Below, piece by piece: positions 17,771 to 24,545 of a stretch of DNA of 24,545 bases. The stretch is from Chlamydiota bacterium. GTDB taxonomy: Bacteria; Chlamydiota; Chlamydiia; Chlamydiales; SM23-39. Made by a program: the position numbers and the translations under genes. How positions within the stretch are numbered: the stretch's first letter is position 1; each line of letters begins with the position of its first letter. The notes beneath the pieces were generated by a model that was not told where the DNA came from, did no database searches, and saw only the letters and a list, made by a program, of their open reading frames with translations. Where the stretch lies: positions 1 to 24,545 of the forward strand of contig JBCDEZ010000021.1 in the NCBI GenBank assembly GCA_039179045.1, given 5' to 3'.

Positions 17771-19035
17771 GGTATTGCCTATTTTTCCTACTCCTTGCCC
17801 TTGGGAGTTGCTCACGGTCTCTCCTCGAACCAGAGGTGGTCTGCATCCAGGTCAAAGACCACCAGGGCTCTCTTGAGACCTTCAATGAAAAAGAGCGGAT
17901 CGAATCCTTCGCAGAGACGGACTACCTAGCTCCTCAGCCCTATAGCCAAATCCTACGGATCTTGCAAGAACCGGGCCTCGATGTGCGCCGCTCGATCCTC
18001 ACCTCCTACCATCCGAACGGGCAGATCAAGCAGTACATGGAAGGGAAGGGATCGATAGCAAAAGGACCCTACTTCGAATGGCATCCAAATGGCAAAAAGA
18101 AAATCGAAGCGACAGTTGTAGGAGGCAACTTTGATCTCGATTATGCAGCACAAAAGTATTGGCTATTTGACGGCACATCGCGCGTGTGGGACGAAGACGA
18201 GCAACTCATGGCAGAGATCCATTACGACCTTGGAATGCTCCACGGCCAAACAAACTACTACCATCGCAACGGAGCTTTGAAAACGTCTATGCAATACCGA
18301 AAAAACCAGCTGCATGGTTCTGTTTGCACGTACTACCCCAACTCCCTCCTGCATACAAAAACCGATTACGTGAAAGGGAAAAAACAGGGCACATCTATCG
18401 GTTACTGGGAAAACGAGGAACCCTCCTTTTTCGAGCAGTACAACCAAGACATGCTCATCACAGCTGCCTACTACGATCAGGCAGGCTCTTTGCTCTGCAG
18501 CATTGATGCAGGAAAAGGCCACCGCGCCTACTTCGCAGGAGATGTACTCGAAAAAAGAGTCGAGTACCGCCAAGGTGTCCCAGAGGGCACTGTCGTTTTC
18601 TACACACCTTCTGGAAAAGTCATGGCAAGGTATGGACAAAAAGGAGACAAAAAGCAGGGCAAAGAGGAGGTCTTCTACCCCACAAAAAATGGAGAAAAAG
18701 CTCAAGTAAAACTCTCCGTAGATTGGGATGATGACACGATCAATGGTTTTGTCAAAACGTGGTATCCCAATGGCAAAATGCAGAGCCAAAAAGAATACTA
18801 CCGCAACGAAAAAAATGGGATGAGCTTTGCCTGGTACCAGGATGGTAGCCTCATGCTACTCGAAGAGTATGAGAAAGACCTCCTGCGCGAGGGCACTTAC
18901 TACAAAGCGCAGCATGGCGATCCTGTGTCCAAGGTAGTCGATGGGACGGGCACTGCTACCATCTATGACGGAGAATCGTTTACCTTCCTGCGCAAAATCT
19001 TCTATGTACAGGGAAAACCAACCGAACGGGTGTGA
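17767..19035 (+). CDS. MORN-variant repeat lipoprotein (YwqK-like, CT648-like)
   Basis: Lipobox LGSC at Cys15. Repeated units of the type Y/W-H/Y-x-NG (YHPNGQIK, WHPNGKKK, YHRNGALK, WYPNGKMQ, WYQDGSLM). ATGA overlap with the upstream gene. Confidence 0.85.
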   Translation: MRYCLFFLLLALGSCSRSLLEPEVVCIQVKDHQGSLETFNEKERIESFAETDYLAPQPYSQILRILQEPGLDVRRSILTSYHPNGQIKQYMEGKGSIAKGPYFEWHPNGKKKIEATVVGGNFDLDYAAQKYWLFDGTSRVWDEDEQLMAEIHYDLGMLHGQTNYYHRNGALKTSMQYRKNQLHGSVCTYYPNSLLHTKTDYVKGKKQGTSIGYWENEEPSFFEQYNQDMLITAAYYDQAGSLLCSIDAGKGHRAYFAGDVLEKRVEYRQGVPEGTVVFYTPSGKVMARYGQKGDKKQGKEEVFYPTKNGEKAQVKLSVDWDDDTINGFVKTWYPNGKMQSQKEYYRNEKNGMSFAWYQDGSLMLLEEYEKDLLREGTYYKAQHGDPVSKVVDGTGTATIYDGESFTFLRKIFYVQGKPTERV

Positions 19036-19142
19036 TCTCTTAAAGAGGCCGCTAGGCACCTCAGGGGCTTTCCTAGTTTCTATGTAGATTCCCAACCCCT
19101 CATCATGGCAGCTCTCTTCCCTTTGGAAGGAGACCAAATTTC

Positions 19143-19829
19143 CTAAAAATCTGGTTCAAAGAAGATCTCGACGAAATGCTCTACTACGCGAGAGAAGATA
19201 GGAATCATCAGGCTCCATTGCCTCGAGTTCTGATCGTCAGGAGCTTGAAAGCGGGCATTTTCCTCGTAAAATGTTTTCAAACGCTCAACAGAGATCTGAG
19301 GATTGTGTCGCATATCCAGCTTAGGCGTTTGCACAAACGCCCCAGATAAGCGACTCAAGAGATCCAGAGAATCTTCCCCCAGGTTGTTCCCCTTCAAGCT
19401 GATGTATTTCAGTCTGTCCAATTTCTGAATATCCTCATCAATCTCCTCAATTTCGTTGTCGTCTAAAGATAATGTTTCAAGGTTCGTGAACCCAAAAATC
19501 TCTTCAGGAATGCTTTTCAATCCACACTGGGTAATGTCCAATGTGACTAAAGAGGTATATGTGAACGGACTGACAATCGGAAATTGAAAATGGGCAATGT
19601 TTTTGCAGACTAACGATTCTACAGAATTCATGGAAAGATCGGGGGGAACAAAGAAAAGATCGTTGAAGTGTACAGTATAATTCTTACAGCACGTTCGTCG
19701 AGTGCTTTCGAAACAGGGAAGCGCAATGCTCAGGTCTCTACGCGGAACATTTTGCCTTCCTGAACAAAACACAAAGTTATAAACAGCTACCGCACAGGCG
19801 CGCAAATAATCGACAAGAGAAAACATCAT
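19143..19829 (-). CDS. Leucine-rich repeat protein, candidate host-directed effector
   Basis: Three LxxLxLxxN/C repeats (LVTLDITQCGLKSIPEEI, LETLSLDDNEIEEIDEDI, LKYISLKGNNL) plus a degenerate fourth (LDMRHNP). Confidence 0.8.
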   Translation of the reverse strand: MMFSLVDYLRACAVAVYNFVFCSGRQNVPRRDLSIALPCFESTRRTCCKNYTVHFNDLFFVPPDLSMNSVESLVCKNIAHFQFPIVSPFTYTSLVTLDITQCGLKSIPEEIFGFTNLETLSLDDNEIEEIDEDIQKLDRLKYISLKGNNLGEDSLDLLSRLSGAFVQTPKLDMRHNPQISVERLKTFYEENARFQAPDDQNSRQWSLMIPIFSRVVEHFVEIFFEPDF

Positions 19830-19994
19830 CGAAAAGAAGGTATATCCGCGATCTCTTCCAACTCAGGAAATCTAGTGCTCCAGTAATATGCGACCTGATT
19901 TTTACAAGGGCTCTTGACACCGTCTGAGAAGTGTGGAAATTTCAGGAGCTGCTCCCCAATTTCTGCCCATGCCATAATCTGAGGAGATCCCCTC

Positions 19995-20426
19995 TCACTT
20001 CCTTTTTCCTGGGCAATTGTAATTGCCCGGGCAAAGGGTCGCTCGTATGTAATCTCCTGAGTTCACATTCCGGCAAATAGAAAAATAGGCTCCTCCCGCA
20101 CACTGCCAAACTACCGTGTACGGAGTCATCGACTGCTGTGGCGAAGAGGGAAGATCGAGAGATGTGGGACTCCTTTCTGATTCCAACCGGTTGCCTGCAG
20201 GCAAAATAGTCTGCTGCGCGATCACCTCTCCCGAGCTTGCCTGTACAACGGCCGTTAAAACAAAGGGGGAATCATTTTCCAAAAAAAGTCTTCCTGCGAA
20301 AAGAACATCCACTCCCAAGAAAAGAGCTCCTTTTACAAGGCAGAAAATGAGGCATTTGCATACAGTGCTCAAACCGGTCTCCTCCGCAAAACACGCTTCT
20401 CTTTCTCGTATAAATTTATTTTGCAA
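19995..20426 (-). CDS. Small cysteine-rich, probably exported hypothetical protein (start uncertain, likely shorter)
   Basis: A hydrophobic leader followed by LENDSPFVLTAVVQ...SMTPYTVVWQC...FSICRNV...ATLCPGNYNC, with four Cys in the C-terminal ~35 aa. Confidence 0.6.
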   Translation of the reverse strand: MQNKFIREREACFAEETGLSTVCKCLIFCLVKGALFLGVDVLFAGRLFLENDSPFVLTAVVQASSGEVIAQQTILPAGNRLESERSPTSLDLPSSPQQSMTPYTVVWQCAGGAYFSICRNVNSGDYIRATLCPGNYNCPGKRK

Positions 20427-20492
20427 AAAAGGAAAGGAAAGATCTATGCTTTAGGGTTACGGTTGAATCCTCAATTTGCTGAGAAGGCCTTC

Positions 20493-21512
20493 ATGCTTCG
20501 GAAGATCTGTTTCTTGTTACTCTGCTCTACTGCCTTGCACGCTGAAGAATGTGAAGCCTCTTTTTCCTCCCACTTTCCTTGTCTTCCCGAAGGATTCAAC
20601 AAGGCTCTTTCCTTCGATCGAGGGGAGCGGGGAGCCTATCTAAAAAAACGGCTTTTTCTTTGGAGAGCTGAAGGAGATCTTCTCTCCCCTGCTATCGTGC
20701 AAAAGGAGGACGCCTCCTCGCAAAATTGGGAGGTAGTCTCATTAGAAGATCGGTACCAGTTCGGAGGGTCGTTTGCGGGAGGCTACCACTTCGCGCACGG
20801 CGACTGGCGCGCAGGGCTACAGTATACGTATTTCGGATCGAGAACCTCTTCTCCAGGCACCGAAATCTCCTCTTCCGAGGGGGAAATTGTACCCCTTTGG
20901 GCCGCCGATCAGCGGGCAGGGGGGCCCTATTTCTCAGAAGAGGCGCGCTGGACCTTGTACCGCCACTTGATCGACTTGGATCTTTCCAGACGTTACTACG
21001 TAGGGCAGCTGTTAGCTGTATCCGCACAAGTGGGTCTCCGAGCCATTCTTTTCTCCCAAAAATACCAAGCAGAGTATGGGAATGCGACCACCTCTTTGAC
21101 AACGCAAACCCAAACAGACTCTTGGTCTTTAGGTCCTCGCTTGCAGCTCTCTTCGAGTTGGTTTATCGGATCGGGGTTGGAGCTTTTTTTCGATATTGCC
21201 TCCACGCTGAGTTACGTCGATTGCGATGCACATCATCAAGAGGAGGATCCTCTCGGTTCATACGAGTTGCAACTCAATGCAAAAGACGTGCGCGTCTGCC
21301 CTACGCAAGAAATGAGCGCAGGAATCGGTTGGGGAGCTTCCTTCTTGCGGCACGCTTTTCACCTACATGTAACGCTTGAATACACTTTAGAGGCCCTATA
21401 CGGGCAAAACGTGCTCCGCTCTTTCCTAGAACCGATCGTGGTCAACTTTTCAAGAGGAAGTGATGACCTGACTCTGCAAGGCTTCACCCTATCGGTGAGG
21501 AGCGACTTTTGA
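20493..21512 (+). CDS. Lpg1974/Legionella-MOMP-like outer-membrane porin, paralogue 1
   Basis: Signal peptide MLRKICFLLLCSTALHA from ATG 20493, amphipathic strands (DWRAGLQYTYF, SWSLGPRL) and a C-terminal beta-signal ending in Phe (VRSDF). Confidence 0.8.
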   Translation: MLRKICFLLLCSTALHAEECEASFSSHFPCLPEGFNKALSFDRGERGAYLKKRLFLWRAEGDLLSPAIVQKEDASSQNWEVVSLEDRYQFGGSFAGGYHFAHGDWRAGLQYTYFGSRTSSPGTEISSSEGEIVPLWAADQRAGGPYFSEEARWTLYRHLIDLDLSRRYYVGQLLAVSAQVGLRAILFSQKYQAEYGNATTSLTTQTQTDSWSLGPRLQLSSSWFIGSGLELFFDIASTLSYVDCDAHHQEEDPLGSYELQLNAKDVRVCPTQEMSAGIGWGASFLRHAFHLHVTLEYTLEALYGQNVLRSFLEPIVVNFSRGSDDLTLQGFTLSVRSDF

Positions 21513-22579
21513 TGCATCCAAGCGCAATTTTGCAAGCCTGTTTTCTCTGCGCTTGCTTCGCTTTCCCCCTCTTAGCCGAGACAGCAGAAGAGAACATCGT
21601 CTACCCAAAAGATCCCGACTTTTTCCTTGACCCTGACTATTACTGCTTCGAGACATTCGTTCCAGGCTACAACAAATCAGCGAGTATCGACGTCTGCAGC
21701 TGCTACGATCAGTTCCTCACCACCCTCAGCTTTCTCTATCTTTCCGCCCAAGAAGAGGGGCTCTCTCTAGGCCTGCTCGGAGATTCTACGAACGAGCTTT
21801 ACCACCTTTTGCAACTTCCAGCCGTCTATGCTCCCGGTTTCCGAGTTGGACTAGGTTGGTATATCGATGAGAACAACTGGGACATCACAACAGAGTACAC
21901 CCGTTTCCATCACGAGCAAACAGCCACGTTTTCCACTTCAAGCGGAGAGTCCATCGTCCCCTTTTGGCTCTCTCCTCTCACAGACGGGAGAGCAACACGT
22001 GCCTCTACCACGTGGGACTTAGAGATCGATTGCCTCGATGCAGAACTCGGCAAGGCTTACTATCTATCAGAGCAAAATACCGTGCATCCCTTTTGGGGAG
22101 CTCGGCTGGCTTGGATCTCCCAAGAATACACGCCAACCTATGAGCTGGCAGGAAAATCTATTCCCACAAAAAGTCAAATCCGCTCCTGGGGTTTCGGCCT
22201 CCGTATGGGGATGCAAACCGACTGGTTCATCTACGGAGGCGCACGCCTCATTGCAAAAACCTCGTCGAGCTTTCTCTACACGCATTACAAGCTCTGCGTG
22301 GAGCAACAAGAGAGCGACCCCACGCAAACCGCATTGAGTACAGAAGAGACTCCCGACTACTTGCGTCCTCACATCGACTCGGCTCTCGGCGTTGGATGGT
22401 GCGACTATTTTTTCAATAGCGCTCTACACATCGACTTAGCCTTTTTCTACGAGTTCCATCTTTTCTGGAACCAGAACATTTTTGGTTCCGCTTTTGGGGG
22501 CACAACCAACCAAGCTCCCAAAAGTGCGCGCAATCTCTCTTTGCACGGTTGCACTTTTCAAACCCGACTCAATTTTTAA
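21512..22579 (+). CDS. Lpg1974/Legionella-MOMP-like outer-membrane porin, paralogue 2
   Basis: TGATG overlap with paralogue 1, signal peptide ending PLLA, motifs PGFRVGLG, NWDITTEYTRF and SWGFGLRM, C-terminus TRLNF. Confidence 0.82.
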   Translation: MHPSAILQACFLCACFAFPLLAETAEENIVYPKDPDFFLDPDYYCFETFVPGYNKSASIDVCSCYDQFLTTLSFLYLSAQEEGLSLGLLGDSTNELYHLLQLPAVYAPGFRVGLGWYIDENNWDITTEYTRFHHEQTATFSTSSGESIVPFWLSPLTDGRATRASTTWDLEIDCLDAELGKAYYLSEQNTVHPFWGARLAWISQEYTPTYELAGKSIPTKSQIRSWGFGLRMGMQTDWFIYGGARLIAKTSSSFLYTHYKLCVEQQESDPTQTALSTEETPDYLRPHIDSALGVGWCDYFFNSALHIDLAFFYEFHLFWNQNIFGSAFGGTTNQAPKSARNLSLHGCTFQTRLNF

Positions 22580-22596
22580 CGGGAGAGCTTCTTTAG

Positions 22597-23616
22597 ATGC
22601 GATATTTTCCGATCCTAATGATCATAGCCCACTCTTTGCTGGGAGCTTCATGGGCTAGCGATGTTTGCAAGCAGTATAGCAATTACAACGCAGCGGTTTA
22701 TGAAGACTGCTCTTTGCAAGCATACGCAAAAGGCTCCCTTCTCTATTGGCAACCTCTTGCAGAAGGTCTCGAGCTTGGTCTAGTTACCACCGATCCCACC
22801 TTTTCCATCGCGCAGGGAAAGGGGCGTGTGGTACAGACACGCTTCCACTACACTCCAGGATGGCAGTTCTCCGTCGGTATCGGAGGGTTTCCCGACGACT
22901 GGGAGCTGCGTGCCGATTACACCTACCTGCGCGCTACCTCCTCGACGAAAAAAGTTGTCTCCTCTTACTCCAACATCTACACGCAAAGGCTGCAAGAGGG
23001 CAATGCTGTACTCGCAAAAAGGCTAGACTCTTCCTGGAGAGCAAAGTTCTCCGCTCTCGACGGAGGCCTTACCCGCACATTTTTCGTGGGTCCCCACCTT
23101 ATATTTTCCCCACTTGTAGGAGGCAAACTCGCTTTTCTACGCCAGGATCTGCATACCACCTACGGAGGAGGGGAGATTACCTCTCCCAATCAAGAAGCCA
23201 AGCAAAGCGCCTCTTCCCGCTCTTGGGGTCTAGGTCCTAGAGGTGCTCTCGCATCTGAATGGGTTTTACCCGAAGGGTTCTCTCTTCTTGGATCGGCTGC
23301 CTACAGCTTCCTCTTTACCCGCTATCACATAGAGATTGACGACGCGCCCACTTCCTCTACAAACGCACGGTTCTTAGTCGACCAAGTAGAGCATACCTTC
23401 CGTTCGATGTACGAGATCTCCCTTGGAACTTCTTGGAACTCTTCGTTTCCGCTCGCTTTCATGCAGTGGGGCTTTTCTGCGCAGTACACCTTTTTAGTAC
23501 TTCCTCGCCAGAACGTATTTTCTCCCATCAAGTCGGATCCTACAGGGAGAAGATTTGCCGCTCTCAATGATTTTTACCTGCACGGAGGCATTCTCTCGAC
23601 ACAAATCCACTTCTGA
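22597..23616 (+). CDS. Lpg1974/Legionella-MOMP-like outer-membrane porin, paralogue 3
   Basis: Signal peptide ending ASWA, motifs LLYWQP, DDWELRADYTYL and SWGLGPRG, C-terminus TQIHF. Confidence 0.82.
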   Translation: MRYFPILMIIAHSLLGASWASDVCKQYSNYNAAVYEDCSLQAYAKGSLLYWQPLAEGLELGLVTTDPTFSIAQGKGRVVQTRFHYTPGWQFSVGIGGFPDDWELRADYTYLRATSSTKKVVSSYSNIYTQRLQEGNAVLAKRLDSSWRAKFSALDGGLTRTFFVGPHLIFSPLVGGKLAFLRQDLHTTYGGGEITSPNQEAKQSASSRSWGLGPRGALASEWVLPEGFSLLGSAAYSFLFTRYHIEIDDAPTSSTNARFLVDQVEHTFRSMYEISLGTSWNSSFPLAFMQWGFSAQYTFLVLPRQNVFSPIKSDPTGRRFAALNDFYLHGGILSTQIHF

Positions 23617-23623
23617 TTCGAAC

Positions 23624-24415
23624 CTAGCGAACCTTCCGATCACCTCCCTTATCGGGCAACTGATTGAAATCAGTAGTATTTCCCTTTCTTTCACCGTGAA
23701 CAAAGATTCTCTGACAATATACTGATCGAAGGGAATAATCTATAACTTTGTGCGAATATGTATAACTGAGGTACAGACGTTCCGACTCTGCCGAATATAG
23801 AGGTAGGCAGTGCAAGTAACGATGAAAAGGGAAAAACAATTCTCCCCGTTGATTCAAAAATATGGCATTTCTCCTACCGTAATCGGGAAAGAAACGTGCA
23901 TGTGGCAGCTTAATAATGGGAGATACTTTTTGATCTGCATGGTAAACCCATTCACACAATAAGGTCACAATAGGACTGCCTCTGTGAGCAACCTGTAAAA
24001 AAAGATTTCGACTCGGACGTCTTGCTCCAAAGCACATAGGGGAAAAAAGCATCCGCAATTTTAGTACCAATCCTTTAAGTGAGGCATCTGCTGCCAAGTT
24101 AAAAGCGCGCACCCGAATTACACGAGGGCTATCTTCTTTAATCCAAACAATCAGAAATCCTCTCGTTACTTTCCCTACCTTATGGGAGACCATGATACAA
24201 GCCGTCATATTGCTTCTTTCTTTGTCCAAATCCTGGATCAAATGAATACCCTGCTTCATAGTTATTGTAGCCGAAGGATGATAGCGAACATCTGGATCTA
24301 TCAGCTTACCTAGAGCGCTTGTTCGCTCCTCGAGAGACAAATCGGTAAGGTTTTCTAATTCAATGCTTCCTTCTTTACAAAAACGAGTAATTTGAGGAGA
24401 AATAGATAAAGTCAT
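23624..24415 (-). CDS. Hypothetical orphan protein (263 aa) in AT-rich DNA
   Basis: Long open frame with a likely start at ATG 24415 (MTLSISPQITRF) after an AAAGAG element and a very AT-rich upstream region. No motif recognised. Confidence 0.6.
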   Translation of the reverse strand: MTLSISPQITRFCKEGSIELENLTDLSLEERTSALGKLIDPDVRYHPSATITMKQGIHLIQDLDKERSNMTACIMVSHKVGKVTRGFLIVWIKEDSPRVIRVRAFNLAADASLKGLVLKLRMLFSPMCFGARRPSRNLFLQVAHRGSPIVTLLCEWVYHADQKVSPIIKLPHARFFPDYGRRNAIFLNQRGELFFPFHRYLHCLPLYSAESERLYLSYTYSHKVIDYSLRSVYCQRIFVHGERKGNTTDFNQLPDKGGDRKVR

Positions 24416-24545
24416 TTGTGTAACTCTTTTTATTAAAACTCTAAATATTATAAAATAGTGGAGATTAATTTTCAAATAAAAAGATTTTTTAAATTAATAA
24501 AAAAGTTTATACATACTAACTGCTATTCTTCTCAGATGATGCAAA

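Noticed and set aside
17767..19035. Toxin-antitoxin system, because MORN-variant proteins are often labelled 'YwqK antitoxin'
   Set aside because: There is no adjacent toxin or nuclease ORF. The protein has a lipobox and sits in an envelope-type operon.
19036..19142. 6S RNA or SRP RNA
   Set aside because: The gap is only ~107 nt, lacks the SRP CAGG/GGAA/AGCAG motif, and has no 6S-length closing stem.
1..24545. tRNA, rRNA, CRISPR array, prophage or IS element
   Set aside because: By eye I found no cloverleaf or T-loop context in the intergenic regions, no regularly spaced repeats, and no integrase, transposase or phage ORFs.

Overview
Gene-dense chromosomal segment, very probably from an environmental member of the Chlamydiota. 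This rests on the 716-aa chlamydia-type GreA, the double-domain ThyX, tandem tyrP genes, a dusB-yggT / CT646-648-like block and Legionella-MOMP/Lpg1974-type porins. Gene order: greA(-), a structured intergenic region with a small basic ORF, a YjbH-like outer-membrane protein(+), hemB(-), a tightly coupled thyX-tyrP-tyrP-uvrB-ABC exporter run(+), dusB-yggT(-), a three-gene envelope operon (PilM/GspL-like, PilO/GspM-like, MORN-variant lipoprotein)(+), an LRR protein(-), a small Cys-rich protein(-), three tandem porin paralogues(+) and an AT-rich orphan(-). I found no tRNA, rRNA, CRISPR array or mobile element. The best leads are the putative cryptic T2SS/T4P alignment-complex operon, the hairpin-rich leader/uORF before the YjbH-like gene, and the porin/Cys-rich/LRR host-interface cluster. 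All homology calls come from motif recognition and recalled synteny; no database searches were run.
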